Shown: positions 39,639-53,139 of the stretch, piece by piece
Numbering within the stretch: position 1 is the first letter of the stretch
How the letters are laid out: each line of letters begins with the position of its first letter
Assembly: GCA_963663955.1 (NCBI GenBank)
Contig: OY760694.1
Coordinates: forward strand, 1,158,327 to 1,222,326
Direction: 5' to 3'
Origin: Acidimicrobiia bacterium
GTDB taxonomy: Bacteria; Actinomycetota; Acidimicrobiia; Spongiisociales; Spongiisociaceae
DNA: 64,000 nt
Translations under genes and position numbers: made by a program
The notes under the pieces: generated by a model
What the model saw: the letters and a program-made list of their open reading frames with translations, nothing else
Database searches by the model: none
Told to the model about the DNA's origin: nothing

Positions 39639-40793
39639 ATGCGGCGGTTATATATTCATGAGCAGCCTGAATGGCCCCAACTCCGATGGCGGATAGACAA
39701 ACTGGATGACGGTCTGGGCGCTGTCCGCTATAGACAGGGGCGTCTAGCGGGCCGGATGCAGTCGTTGGGGTTCCACCTCCGGCAGGAGGCGATGCTCGAG
39801 ACCCTAATCCAGGACGTTCACAAATCGAGCGATATCGAGGGAGAACGGCTCGACTTGGAACAAGTCCGTTCCTCTGTCGGGCGTCGCCTCGGTATGGACA
39901 TCGGTGGTCTTCGCCATGTGGAAGACAAGGTTGAGGGCGTGGTGGAAATGATGCTGGACGCAACCGGCAACTATGACCTCTCTCTAACACGGGATCGGTT
40001 ATGGCGCTGGCAGGCAGCTCTGTTCCCAACTACTAGGCGCAGCCGGATGTTACCGATAACCGTAGGCGGCTGGCGTGACGATCGTACCGGACCCATGCAG
40101 GTGATCTCCGGACCCATCGGTAAGGAGCGGGTACATTTCGAAGCGCCCGCCGCGGAGCGGATCGACAACGAGATGGAGGCATTCCTCAGCTGGTTCAACG
40201 AGTCATCGGACACTGACGGAGTGATCCGGGCAGCGTTGGCGCATCTTTGGTTCGTGACTATCCATCCCTTCGACGACGGTAACGGACGCATAGCTCGAGC
40301 GATCACCGACATGGCGTTAGCTCGCTCGGAAGGCGGCTCACAGCGTTTCTACAGTATGTCATCACAGATCCGGGTGGAACGCCGCGCCTACTACCACATC
40401 ATGGAACGAACCCAGAAAGGAACACCGGACATCTCGGAGTGGATGGGATGGTTCCTAGCCTGTTTGGGTCGAGCCATCGATGGAGCCCAGGCAATCCTGG
40501 AATCTGTACTCAAAAAAGCCCACTTCCGGCAACATATCGAGGGCGTGCCACTCAACGAAAGGCAGCGTCTGGTTCTCGATCGACTCGTAGACAGCTTCGA
40601 AGGCAAGTTAACCACCTCGAAGTGGGCAAAGCTGGCCAAATGCTCCCAAGACACCGCCCTGCGTGACATAACAGCCCTGGTAAACCACGGTATCCTAATC
40701 CGCGGTTCGGCGCGGGGTCGCAGTACCAACTACTCCCCCAGCACCCGTCTTTTTGAGGAACCCGGCGCCGTTTCCATCTTGTCGATTCCATGA
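39639..40793 (+). CDS. Fic/DOC-family protein
   Basis: Fic motif HPFDDGNGRIAR and a C-terminal winged-helix-like region. Confidence 0.9.
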   Translation: MRRLYIHEQPEWPQLRWRIDKLDDGLGAVRYRQGRLAGRMQSLGFHLRQEAMLETLIQDVHKSSDIEGERLDLEQVRSSVGRRLGMDIGGLRHVEDKVEGVVEMMLDATGNYDLSLTRDRLWRWQAALFPTTRRSRMLPITVGGWRDDRTGPMQVISGPIGKERVHFEAPAAERIDNEMEAFLSWFNESSDTDGVIRAALAHLWFVTIHPFDDGNGRIARAITDMALARSEGGSQRFYSMSSQIRVERRAYYHIMERTQKGTPDISEWMGWFLACLGRAIDGAQAILESVLKKAHFRQHIEGVPLNERQRLVLDRLVDSFEGKLTTSKWAKLAKCSQDTALRDITALVNHGILIRGSARGRSTNYSPSTRLFEEPGAVSILSIP

Positions 40794-41762
40794 CCTGATC
40801 ACCCCGGCGAGACCCGAACCTTTGTTGAGGCGATTCAGGGAGATGGTCCGTCGAGTGAAAGTTCCGATAGAGCCTCCTAATCTGGGTATTCTGCGGGTCT
40901 GACTATGTCGCTCCGTCTCCGCCCCTCCATTTCCCGGATTCATACCTGCACAGGATTCCAATCTCGTTCATTCCAGTTATGTTCCGACCGGTCGTAGATG
41001 AGTCCGAGGGCTCGGGGCGTGGCGATGATCGCGATGGCCGGATTGTTATGGAGCACGCTGGGGCTAGGTGTCCGGTTCCTGGATGAGGTCGGGACATGGG
41101 CAATTCTGTTCTATCGGGCTATCGCGCAGATTCTGGCGCTGCTGGTTCTCATAGCGATTCGTCATCGAGGCTTACTGGTTCACACCTTTACGAGTATCGG
41201 TTTGAACGGTCTAGTCAGCGGGGTTTCACTCGCTTCCTCTTCGATCTGTTTCGTATATGCACTGAGCCTGGTATCGGTAGCCGAAGCTACCTTGATCCTT
41301 GGTGCGGCCCCTGTGCTGGCGGGACTGCTCGGGTGGCTGGTGCTACGTGAGCCGATTACCGGAACCAATTGGAGGACGATGGCTATAGCGGGGGCAGGGC
41401 TAACGATCATGACCTATACAGGGACGGTATCCGGGAGTCTGGTAGGCACCGCTCTCGCCTTCTGCGCTGCCTTGAGTTTCGCGTCATTCACGGTGTTCCA
41501 GCGACGCGGGATGCGAACGGACATGCTGCCGGCGGTGATCGTCGCAGGAATAGTCACGCTGATCGTCACCGCCCCACTGATCGGGGGTGTCGTTATCAGT
41601 TCGATGGATCTTCTGGTTGCTTTCTACTTGGGCGGTGTTGCCCTCGCGGGAGGCTTGGCTCTCTTCACCATAGGTTCACGTTATGTCCGCTCCACCGAGT
41701 TGGTATTGATTGAACCACCCCGGGTTTTCCGGAGACTCTAATTGGTTGGGAGATAATGGAGT

Positions 41763-44154
<2,392 letters not shown>

Positions 44155-44481
44155 CAATACCTGTCCATCCGCTACACAAACCGTTTAACGGAAACCGGGA
44201 TCCGACCTTCGGTCGGATCCGTAGGAGACTCATACGACAACGCCCTCGCCGAATCCGTCATCGGACTATACAAAACAGAACTCATCCACAAACAGGCCCC
44301 ATGGCGTGACCGTGACCAGGTCGAGTACGCCACCCTCGAATACGTCGACTGGTTCAACCACCGGAGACTGCTCGAACCAAACGGGGACAAACCACCAACA
44401 GAGAGGGAGGCCGACTACTATCGTGACCACACACCAGCCCGGCTGGGACACACCCCGGCCCAGGTAGCTGGACTCAAGTAA
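44155..44481 (+). pseudogene. IS3-family OrfB, C-terminal part
   Basis: YLSIRYTNRLTETGIRPSVGSVGDSYDNALAESVIG...EYVDWFNHRRL is the conserved rve C-terminal region. Confidence 0.8.
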
Positions 44482-44830
44482 AAAACTCTCCGGCAAACCC
44501 GGTACGGTTCAGATCGCCATGACCGAGGTCGTGTTCGCCCCGGTGTGGGTTTGGTGGGTGTTCGGTGAGACCATAACGTTGGCCACCGGTATGGGCGGCG
44601 TTCTGATCATGGCCGCGGTCCTAGTACAGGCCCGTGCTCGTGAAATCCCGTCCGAGTCCCCACCGAACCACCCCTTGCCCGGTTTCCCCGGAAGGTGGGG
44701 TCGGCGGCGCCCCGCAAGCTGAGTATCCGGCGCGATTCAAGATTCAAGGCGTCGGTTTGTTGGAAACCTGACCAACCGGGGTTAAGGTCGGTTACCTGGT
44801 GAATCGGTATCTGGATCGATACGTGAATCG

Positions 44831-45589
44831 ATGTTACGGAGGGAGAGCGTTTTGAGGAGCCACGAGATCGACTATCAGCTTCATGGTGATGATCTCCAGT
44901 TCGTGGAGATAGCGCTGGACCCGGGAGAGTCCGTGGTTGCCGAGGCCGGCGCCATGATGTTCATCGAGGAGGGAATCGAGTTCGAGACCAAGTTGGGTGA
45001 CGGGTCGGAGCCCAATCAGGGGGCCTGGGGGAAGTTCAAGTCGGCTGGTAGAAGGGTGTTGGCCGGCGAATCGCTCTTCTTGACCCACTTCACCAACCGT
45101 GGGGGTGGCCGACGGAGCTTGGCCTTCGCGGCTCCCTATCCGGGAAAGATCATTCCCCTTGACCTGGCCGCCGTCGGGGGCCGGATTCTTGCCCAGAAGC
45201 AGGCATTTCTGTGCGCCGCCATGGGTACCAGATTGGGGATAGCCTTCACCCGGAAGTTCGGGACGGGCTTCTTCGGAGGAGAAGGGTTCGTACTGGAGGA
45301 TATCCAGGGTGATGGCTTGGCCTTCCTGCATGCGGGAGGCACTGTGGTCGAGAAGCATCTGGTGGGCGAAAGCCTCCGGATCGATACCGGGTGCATTGTG
45401 GCGTTCGAACCGCAGATACAGTACTCCATCGAACGGGCAGGCCGGGCTACGTCGATGCTGTTCGGCGGCGAGGGCTTGTTTCTTGCCACCCTCACCGGCG
45501 CCGGTCGTGTCTGGTTGCAGTCCTTGCCCTTTAACCGGTTAGTTGACGAGGTAATCAGGAACCTGCCGCCCTCAGGCTCAAGCGACTGA
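44831..45589 (+). CDS. DUF124/AIM24 (TIGR00266) family protein
   Basis: 252 aa with a glycine-rich beta pattern (FLTHFTN.GGG...FFGGEGFVL...GTVVEK) typical of AIM24/DUF124. Confidence 0.7.
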   Translation: MLRRESVLRSHEIDYQLHGDDLQFVEIALDPGESVVAEAGAMMFIEEGIEFETKLGDGSEPNQGAWGKFKSAGRRVLAGESLFLTHFTNRGGGRRSLAFAAPYPGKIIPLDLAAVGGRILAQKQAFLCAAMGTRLGIAFTRKFGTGFFGGEGFVLEDIQGDGLAFLHAGGTVVEKHLVGESLRIDTGCIVAFEPQIQYSIERAGRATSMLFGGEGLFLATLTGAGRVWLQSLPFNRLVDEVIRNLPPSGSSD

Positions 45590-45693
45590 CCACTCCGTTC
45601 CCCCATGATCTGCTCACCGTGGGATACGTGTTCGATAAATTGTTTACACGTTGATTACTAATCTACATACTAAATCGGCTAGTCTGGATTCTG

Positions 45694-47340
45694 ATGTCGG
45701 GAGCAATCCGAGTTAGGCAAGGTGGGGATTCTCTTCCGGGTGCGTATGTGCTCACGGATGATCCCGCTTGTATGGGAGTTGATACGGTGACTGCGAAAGC
45801 AGCAATGGGGAAAGCAGCAATAATGAGGGTTAACCTTCACGAACAGGCCTATGAAGCCATCAGTCGGCTAAGGATCGCTCGATCCGACCTCAAGACTGTC
45901 GAGGCCAAGGCAGCACGGGAAGGTCTACCACACTCGGTCCGGGAATCGGTCAGCGCCTTCGCCAACACTGCCGGGGGTTTGCTGCTCTTAGGTCTTGATG
46001 AACTGACCTACCGTCCTCTGGAGGTCGATGCGCCGAAACTGGCTGAAGATCTGGCGTCGGCGTGTGCCTATGACCTCGAACCGCCCATCCAGCCCGACAT
46101 AGGTATCGTCGACGTCGGTGGGCGTCGGGTGGTTGCGGCCCTGGTTGCGGAACTACCTTCCGGACGCAAGCCCTGCTTTCTGAAGCGACGAGGAGTGAGT
46201 TGTGGTTCGTATATCCGGACCCACTCCGGAGACAGAAGGCTCACGCCCTACGAAGTCCACATCTTGGTATCCGGTCGTACTCAACCGCGTGACGATGTCG
46301 TGGTTGTTGAAGGTGCTTCACGTCGACACCTGGCGCCTGAATTGGTTGAATCCTTGTTGAGTCGAGTCAGGTCACATCGGGGCAGGATCGTTGCCGATTC
46401 GAGCGACGAGGAGATACTCAGCATGATGAACGTTTTGATCGGGGGTGATCCCGAGCGGGTGAGTCTGGCCGGCCTCATGGCCCTCGGTCGTTATCCTCAG
46501 CAGTTCTTTCCCCAGCTCAACGTCCATTTTATGGCTTTTGCCACCCCATCGGGCGATCCCTTGGAAGATGGATCGCGGTTCCTCGACAATGAATCCATCG
46601 ATGGTCCTATACCGTTGATGGTGGCTCGCACGCAAGCAGCCGTTCTGCGCAATATGACCCGCCGCACCGTGGTAACCGAATCAGGACGGTTCGATCAGTG
46701 GGACTACCCCGAAGAGGTCATCCGCGAACTGGTCGTAAACGCATTGGAACATCGCGATTACCATCCCCTCGCCCATGGATGGGAAGTGTGGGTAAAGATG
46801 TACCCGGACCGGTTGGAGGTCACGAGTCCCGGTGGGCTGCACGGTCCGATGGATCGCAGGCGGCTCATGTCCGATCCGGTTACGTCCTCTCGTAATCCAT
46901 ATCTCGCCAAGCTTCTCGAGGATGTACAGGTTCCGACGACAAGCCGGAGCGTTTGTGAGAGTCGTGGGTCCGGGCTGATCTCGATAGCGGCTTCACTCCG
47001 TAGGTGCGGGCTCATGCCACTTCATTTGATGGACCGAATCGATAGATTCACCGCGGTCGTGCGAAGCAAGCGGTGCAGCGCCCAGGAAAGTAACGAGTTG
47101 TGGGCGCCCCGATCGCGAGTGGGGACCAATCACAACTCCCGTCGGGGGGATCGCAGGACTGCCATCGTCGAGCTTCTCGCGGTCGGACCCAGATCCAGCC
47201 GGGAACTGGCGGGAGAACTCGGTATGACTCCTCAGGGTATCCTTCGATGGTTGCGCCGGATGGAAGCATCGGGTGAGGTCTGGCCCACGGAGGTGTCACG
47301 CCGGAGCCCGAGGAACCGGTGGCAACTGGCCGACAGATAG
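45694..47340 (+). CDS. Putative regulator with a Schlafen-like AlbA_2 domain, a HATPase_c_4 domain and a C-terminal wHTH
   Basis: AlbA_2 region ESVSAFANTAGGLLLLGLDE and HATPase_c_4-like ELVVNALEHRDY...LEVTSPGGL. The start is uncertain (alternative MRVNLHEQ near 45823). Confidence 0.65.
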   Translation: MSGAIRVRQGGDSLPGAYVLTDDPACMGVDTVTAKAAMGKAAIMRVNLHEQAYEAISRLRIARSDLKTVEAKAAREGLPHSVRESVSAFANTAGGLLLLGLDELTYRPLEVDAPKLAEDLASACAYDLEPPIQPDIGIVDVGGRRVVAALVAELPSGRKPCFLKRRGVSCGSYIRTHSGDRRLTPYEVHILVSGRTQPRDDVVVVEGASRRHLAPELVESLLSRVRSHRGRIVADSSDEEILSMMNVLIGGDPERVSLAGLMALGRYPQQFFPQLNVHFMAFATPSGDPLEDGSRFLDNESIDGPIPLMVARTQAAVLRNMTRRTVVTESGRFDQWDYPEEVIRELVVNALEHRDYHPLAHGWEVWVKMYPDRLEVTSPGGLHGPMDRRRLMSDPVTSSRNPYLAKLLEDVQVPTTSRSVCESRGSGLISIAASLRRCGLMPLHLMDRIDRFTAVVRSKRCSAQESNELWAPRSRVGTNHNSRRGDRRTAIVELLAVGPRSSRELAGELGMTPQGILRWLRRMEASGEVWPTEVSRRSPRNRWQLADR

Positions 47341-47398
47341 CGCTTTCCATATGGGATAGAAGCTATCCGAGGCCGGTTAGATTACAGAGTCGGGATTA

Positions 47399-47602
47399 GC
47401 CCCGATCATTCATGGATGGGGGTTTGGAGGATGAGTGGAGAAGACCAGATTCGCGCCCTGACCAGGCAGTACAGCTATCGGCGCTTCCCGTTTCGGTCCG
47501 GTGTAGAGTTTCACCTGTCGGGTGAACGGCGAGTTTCTCTTGATACTCGGGTTGAACAGGCGTTACATGCCTCGGTGTGTGGGAAACCTGAATAATCAGG
47601 GC
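47399..47602 (+). mobile_element. MITE copy G
   Basis: TA flanks at 47397-98 and 47603-04. It sits 30 bp upstream of the acyl-CoA synthetase start. Confidence 0.85.
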
Positions 47603-47635
47603 TAGAGAGTCGGTCGAATTGCAAGGAGTATCCGG

Positions 47636-49174
47636 ATGAAAGTTCCTCTGACGATCCGGGATTTTCTGGATCGAGCCGCCTTGGTCTATCCGGACCGTCC
47701 CGCAGTCATCGACGAGCCCGACCAGCCGGCCCCCGGTTGGGGCACGCTCACCTACCGAGAGGTGGTGATTCGAGCCCGGGCTCTGGCGGCCGCCTTGGAC
47801 CGCTACGGGATCGGCCCGGGTGAACGGGTGGCCATGGTTTCGCACAACTCAGCACGCCTCCTAGTGATGATGCTGGGTGTAAGTGCTTACGGTCGTATTT
47901 CAGTTCCGATCAACTTCCGCCTTAACGCCGAGGAAGTTCGATACATAGTCTCCCACAGCGGGGCGCGGTTGCTGCTGATCGATCCGGAATTGGAGGATGA
48001 CCTAGCAGGTGTGGGTTGCGAACATCTATACGTATTCGGGGCCGAGGCAGACGACGTGCTGTTCGGCGATCGGGATGCCGATCCTCGCCCATGGATACCG
48101 GATGAAGATTTGACAGCCACCATCAACTATACGAGTGGAACCACCGCCCGGCCGAAGGGTGTACAGATGACTCACCGTAGCCTATGGCTGAACGCCGTGA
48201 CCTTCGGGTGGACTGCGGGAGTAAATGATCACGACGTCTACTTACACACCCTTCCCATGTTTCACTGCAATGGCTGGGGCATGACCTATGCCCTTACCGG
48301 AGTGGGGGCTACCCAGGTCGTGATCAGGAAGGTGGACGGATCCGAGATACTTCGCCGGGTGGACCGCTACGGCGTGACATATATGTGTGGCGCTCCGGCG
48401 GTTGTGGCCGCCGTCCTGGCCGCCGCTGAGAGGTGGCGGGGTGCGATACCGGGTTCAGGTACGGTCCGGATGACGGTGGCGGGGGCGCCGCCTCCCACGC
48501 GCACGATCCGGAGGATGGAGACAGAACTCGGATGGGAGTTCATGCAGCTGTACGGCCTTACCGAAACCGCTCCTTATTTGACCATGAACCGGTTACGGCC
48601 TGAGTGGGTGGATCTGACGAGCGAGGAAAAGGCCCGCCTCCTTGCGCGGCAAGGGGTTCCGGCGCTCGGTATCAACCTTAAAGTATCAAAGGAGGGTGAG
48701 GTTAAAGCGAAAGGTAACCATGTTATGGAAGGTTACTGGGGCCAACCGGAATCCACGCGTAAGGCTCTGGAAGGCGGATGGTTCCATACGGGGGATGGCG
48801 GCTATCTCGATAATGAGGATTACCTGGTTCTAACCGATCGTCGTAAGGACGTGATCATCAGCGGCGGCGAGAACATATCATCCATCGAGGTGGAGGACTG
48901 CCTCTTTAGCCATCCCGATGTGGATGAGGTGGCGGTTATAGGCGTCCCCGATGATCGCTGGGGCGAGACACCAAAGGCGTTGGTGGTCCGAGTCGATGGG
49001 TCGGAGGTCACGTCCGGGGAGTTGATCGAGTATTGCCGCACTCGAATGGCCCATTACAAGTGTCCCACCTCGGTCGAATTCCGCAAGCGACTCGCTAGAA
49101 CGGCAACCGGGAAACTACAGAAATACAAGCTGCGCGGCCCGTACTGGGAGGGTCGGGAGCGCCGTATCAACTAG
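47636..49174 (+). CDS. AMP-dependent acyl-CoA synthetase/ligase (FadD-like)
   Basis: AMP-binding motif YTSGTTARPKGV and the conserved C-terminal region GWFHTGDGGYLD. Confidence 0.9.
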   Translation: MKVPLTIRDFLDRAALVYPDRPAVIDEPDQPAPGWGTLTYREVVIRARALAAALDRYGIGPGERVAMVSHNSARLLVMMLGVSAYGRISVPINFRLNAEEVRYIVSHSGARLLLIDPELEDDLAGVGCEHLYVFGAEADDVLFGDRDADPRPWIPDEDLTATINYTSGTTARPKGVQMTHRSLWLNAVTFGWTAGVNDHDVYLHTLPMFHCNGWGMTYALTGVGATQVVIRKVDGSEILRRVDRYGVTYMCGAPAVVAAVLAAAERWRGAIPGSGTVRMTVAGAPPPTRTIRRMETELGWEFMQLYGLTETAPYLTMNRLRPEWVDLTSEEKARLLARQGVPALGINLKVSKEGEVKAKGNHVMEGYWGQPESTRKALEGGWFHTGDGGYLDNEDYLVLTDRRKDVIISGGENISSIEVEDCLFSHPDVDEVAVIGVPDDRWGETPKALVVRVDGSEVTSGELIEYCRTRMAHYKCPTSVEFRKRLARTATGKLQKYKLRGPYWEGRERRIN

Positions 49175-49383
49175 GGCCTGTTAACACTACTACGGCGGTA
49201 TGTTAGCGAGAGGTGGGTAAGTTTAGTTAAGTGTGTTTAAGGAGGCAAGGGGGGCTCGACGAAGCTACCTATACCCGATCTTATATGCTGTTAACTAACG
49301 GTTCGGTGTATCTCCAAGACTTGCGTGAACAGGCCCTAACTAACCCCGATCCTCTACTGATCAAGGATTGAAACAGGCGAGCC

Positions 49384-49803
49384 TCAGTCACTATCGAAGT
49401 CGATGGCTGCGGAGTTGATGCAGTAGCGGAGTCCGGTAGGGCGTGGTCCGTCCGGGAACACGTGTCCTAGATGGCATTGACAGCGGCTGCACACTACTTC
49501 GGTCCTCACCATCCCGTAGCTATGGTCGGAATGTTGGTCGATGGGCGCTCCATCTACCACATCGTAGAAACTGGGCCATCCGGTGCCCGAGTCAAACTTC
49601 TGGTCACTACTGAACAGTGGTGTACCACACCCTATACAGCGGTAGGTCCCGTCCTCCTTGGTGTTCCAGTACTCACCGGAGAAGGCTCGTTCGGTTCCCG
49701 CCCCCCGGGCGACGCGGTATTGCATAGGGCTCAGCTTCCGGCGCCACTCTTCGTCGGTTTGGGGAATCGAGGCCTCGTCCTGCGAGTTGGCGGTCTCGGT
49801 CAT
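49384..49803 (-). CDS. msrB: Peptide-methionine (R)-S-oxide reductase MsrB
   Basis: 139 aa from MTETAN. CxxC...CxxC zinc cysteines and the catalytic RYCINSAA motif are present. The tool ORF extends implausibly upstream. Confidence 0.85.
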   Translation of the reverse strand: MTETANSQDEASIPQTDEEWRRKLSPMQYRVARGAGTERAFSGEYWNTKEDGTYRCIGCGTPLFSSDQKFDSGTGWPSFYDVVDGAPIDQHSDHSYGMVRTEVVCSRCQCHLGHVFPDGPRPTGLRYCINSAAIDFDSD

Positions 49804-50034
49804 TCCGGTACTCCTTTCCGATGGTCTCGGGACAATCCGCCGGGAGCTATTCGGCGACCGGACAGCCGGCCGGACCTCCCGTTGCAAGGATATTCGACCT
49901 TCACATGTCGGCGGGCTTAAATCGCTTGCAGGTTTGACCTGGCGACCATCACCCGTCGAAACGGGATCATTCGGACCACCCGGGACTCGGTTCCGATACC
50001 CTGCTAGCCACTCAACTCCTCTAGTCTTGCATAT

Positions 50035-51783
50035 ATGGAGACTAAACCCACGCACCCGCCTAACAGCCCTCGGACCTCAGTCGGATCACGCGTCGATTAT
50101 GCGATCATCGGAGTGGTGGCAACCGGGGTTGCACTGGCCGCGTCCGAGGTGGTGGCCGGCCTTTTTCTGTCAGCTCCGTCGTTGATCCGGACAATCGGGC
50201 AGCGGATCATCGACATTACCCCGGCCGCGGTCGAGGACTGGGCGATCTCTACATTCGGCACCAACGACAAGGCGGTGCTGATCGCCGGAATCGTGGTGGT
50301 TTCCCTGGCTATAGGGGCGTTGCTCGGTATGTTGGCCAGGGAGAGGCTCCGCCTAGCCGTCTCCGGTTTCGTAGCCTTCGGGTTGGTGGGTTTCGTAGTG
50401 GGTCTTAGCGATCCTCTGTCCACCACCATGTTGACGCTGGTGGCCGGGGTTGTTGCCGCCGGCGCCGGCGCCGGCATCCTGCTGGGCTTGCGTTCCCTGC
50501 TTGAGAGAGAATCCATGCCCGGTACGGACTCCCCCGCACCGGATGAGGTTGGAGCGGAATCAAGACGCGCCTTCATGAGGGCTTCGGTAAGCGCGGCCTT
50601 CCTGGCTGTAGTCGGGGTAGCGCTGGGCCGTTTTCTGGCTGAACGTGAATCTTCGGCCATCAGGGGACGAGATCAGGTAACCCTTCCCTCGGCTTCCGGC
50701 TCTTCACCTACCACTGCGGCTTCTTCGGCTTCCGGCGCTTCACCTACCCAGCCGACCACAGCCGTTACTACCACCACGTCGGCTGCAGGAGAACCGGTTG
50801 CCGAGACTCCGGTTCAGGAAACCGCCACGACCACCCGGCCCGCGTCGGAAGGCGGTGTGTCGGGTGTGCCGGATCCGGTACCCTCACAGGTGGCGCCGGT
50901 GGAGGGGGTGTCGGAGTTGATCACACCGAACTCCGACTTCTACCGGATTGACACCGCTTTGAGTATCCCCCGGGTCGATGTAGACACTTGGAAGCTCTCA
51001 TTCCGGGGTTCGGTCGACAATCCCTTTGCAGTCACCTATGACGAGCTACTACAGATGCCGTTGGTCGAGCGTTACGTGACCCTCTGCTGCGTGTCCAATC
51101 CCGTTGGAGGAACCCTGGTAGGTAACGCAAAATGGTTAGGGGTTCCCCTGCGGAGCCTGGTCGAACAGGCCGGGGTCCGCTCCGAAGGTGATCAGCTGAT
51201 AGGCCGCTCAGTGGACGGATTTACGGTTGGGTTTCCAACTAGCGCGGTGTTCGACGGGCGGGAAGCTCTGGTTGCTGTGGGTATGAACGGAGAACCCCTC
51301 CCCCTTGCTCACGGCTTCCCGGCGCGCCTGGTGGTGTCCGGACTGTATGGATACGTCTCGGCGACCAAGTGGTTGTCCGAGATCGAGTTCACCGGCTGGG
51401 ATGACTTCGATGCGTACTGGATTCCTCGAGGATGGGCAAAGCAGGCCCCTATCAAGACACAGTCCCGCATAGACACCCCTAGGGCGGGAGCCTTAGCTAC
51501 CGGAAACCAGGTGATCGCGGGGGTTGCGTGGGCTCAGAACCGGGGTATCGAGCGGGTTGAGGTCCAGGTCGGTGAGGGCCCTTGGATGGATGCGAACCTT
51601 CCGGAGGAGCTGACGATAGATACCTGGCGGCAGTGGTATCTGGAGTATGACTTTCCTAGTGGAGTACATGTGATCTCGGTCCGGGCTACCGACGCTACGG
51701 GCGAGACACAACCGGCCGAAATGCAGGGCGCCCGACCGGATGGAGCTACCGGCTATCACATGGTGAGCGTCAACGCCTCCTGA
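50035..51783 (+). CDS. Molybdopterin-dependent oxidoreductase (sulfite-oxidase family, MsrP/YedY-like) with an N-terminal membrane domain
   Basis: N-terminal TM helices and a Pro/Thr-rich linker, then a Mo-cofactor-binding domain ([12 protein letters not shown]) and a dimerisation domain. Confidence 0.8.
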   Translation: METKPTHPPNSPRTSVGSRVDYAIIGVVATGVALAASEVVAGLFLSAPSLIRTIGQRIIDITPAAVEDWAISTFGTNDKAVLIAGIVVVSLAIGALLGMLARERLRLAVSGFVAFGLVGFVVGLSDPLSTTMLTLVAGVVAAGAGAGILLGLRSLLERESMPGTDSPAPDEVGAESRRAFMRASVSAAFLAVVGVALGRFLAERESSAIRGRDQVTLPSASGSSPTTAASSASGASPTQPTTAVTTTTSAAGEPVAETPVQETATTTRPASEGGVSGVPDPVPSQVAPVEGVSELITPNSDFYRIDTALSIPRVDVDTWKLSFRGSVDNPFAVTYDELLQMPLVERYVTLCCVSNPVGGTLVGNAKWLGVPLRSLVEQAGVRSEGDQLIGRSVDGFTVGFPTSAVFDGREALVAVGMNGEPLPLAHGFPARLVVSGLYGYVSATKWLSEIEFTGWDDFDAYWIPRGWAKQAPIKTQSRIDTPRAGALATGNQVIAGVAWAQNRGIERVEVQVGEGPWMDANLPEELTIDTWRQWYLEYDFPSGVHVISVRATDATGETQPAEMQGARPDGATGYHMVSVNAS

Positions 51784-51802
51784 CGCCTCGTCGACTTCCC
51801 TG

Positions 51803-52546
51803 TCAACTGCCGGCGTGAGCTTCGAGGAGGTGGTCAGGTATGTCGAAGTTCCCGTACACCTCTTGGACATCGTGGAGCTCGTCGAGCGCGTCGACCAGAC
51901 GAAGGACCCGGTTGGCCTTCCCGGCTTCCAATTCGATGGTGACGGAGGGGAGCTGTGTTACTTCGGCAGACTGTACGGCCAACTCCGCCCCCGCCAGCGC
52001 GTCACGGACAGTGGGCATTTCAGACGGGTCGGTTATCACCTCGAACTGGCCTCCGCTCGGTCTGACATCCTCGGCGCCCGATTCGAGCGCAGCTAGGAGG
52101 ATGTCATCCTCATCACCCTCAACCAAGAGGTAGCCCTTCTGGTCGAATAAGTAGCTGACCGATCCGGGTTCTCCCAGGTTCCCGCCGTTTCTGGTGAAGG
52201 CCGACCGGACATCCGACGCGGCCCGGTTCCGGTTATCGGTGAGAACGTGGACCAGCAAAGCCACTCCCCCGGGAGCGTATCCCTCGTAGAACATGGTTTC
52301 GAGCCTGTCTCCGACCAGATCTCCCCTGCCCCTCTTGATGGCTCGCTCGATGTTGTTCTTGGGTACGGATGCCGACTTGGCGTTGTCGATGGCGTTGGCC
52401 AGGACCGCGTTGAGGGCGGGTTCTCCTCCCCCTTGGCGAGACGCGGCCTCGATCGCCCTGCACAGCTTGGCGAACAGGTTGCCGCGAGCCGCATCCTGTC
52501 TGCCCTTGCGGTGTTTGATGTTCGCCCATTTCGAGTGACCGGCCAT
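51803..52546 (-). CDS. yebC: YebC/PmpR-family DNA-binding regulator
   Basis: MAGHSKWANIKHRKG N-terminus, 247 aa. Confidence 0.9.
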   Translation of the reverse strand: MAGHSKWANIKHRKGRQDAARGNLFAKLCRAIEAASRQGGGEPALNAVLANAIDNAKSASVPKNNIERAIKRGRGDLVGDRLETMFYEGYAPGGVALLVHVLTDNRNRAASDVRSAFTRNGGNLGEPGSVSYLFDQKGYLLVEGDEDDILLAALESGAEDVRPSGGQFEVITDPSEMPTVRDALAGAELAVQSAEVTQLPSVTIELEAGKANRVLRLVDALDELHDVQEVYGNFDIPDHLLEAHAGS

Positions 52547-52552
52547 CGGCTA

Positions 52553-53134
52553 TTATCCAACCATCTCAAGCAACATACGGTGCAAGCGCAGATCTCCGGT
52601 GAGTTCCGGATGGAAGGCTGAGGCGATCACATGATCCTGCATGACCAGGACGGGCGAACCGTCGTGCCGGGCCATCACCTGGACCTGCGGGCCGGTTCTC
52701 TGTACTACCGGAGATCTGATGAAGACGGCGTGGATGGCGTCGCGCCATCCCTCGACCTCCAGCTCGTATTCGAATGATTCGTTCTGGCGGCCGAAGGCGT
52801 TGCGTTCCACCACCATGTCGAGGATTCCCAGTTGAGGTTGGGCGCCTTCGGTAACACCGGAAGCGAGGAAGATCATTCCCGCACAGGTGCCCAACGTAGG
52901 AAGACCGGCCCGAATATGCTTGCGCAGCGGTTCGATCATGCCGTAGAGCCTGGCGAGGCGTCCGATCGTGGTCGATTCACCTCCGGGAATGATGAGCGCA
53001 TCCACAGTGTCGAGGTCGGCAGGCAATCGGACCTGTCGGCCGATCGCGCCGCTTGCAGCCACTGAATCCAAGTGGTCACGCACCCCTCCTTGGAGCGCGA
53101 GCACACCCACTACCGGGGCCGGAGCCTCCGGCAC
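52553..53134 (-). CDS. pdxT: Pyridoxal 5'-phosphate synthase glutaminase subunit PdxT
   Basis: Class-I glutamine amidotransferase with GTCAG and the HPE catalytic triad region. Confidence 0.9.
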   Translation of the reverse strand: MPEAPAPVVGVLALQGGVRDHLDSVAASGAIGRQVRLPADLDTVDALIIPGGESTTIGRLARLYGMIEPLRKHIRAGLPTLGTCAGMIFLASGVTEGAQPQLGILDMVVERNAFGRQNESFEYELEVEGWRDAIHAVFIRSPVVQRTGPQVQVMARHDGSPVLVMQDHVIASAFHPELTGDLRLHRMLLEMVG

Positions 53135-53139
53135 GGTTC

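Noticed and set aside
49804-50055. Upstream 84 codons attached to msrB (223-aa ORF).
   Set aside because: No homology. The region overlaps the divergent promoter and start region of the molybdoenzyme gene. MsrB homology begins at MTETAN at 49803.
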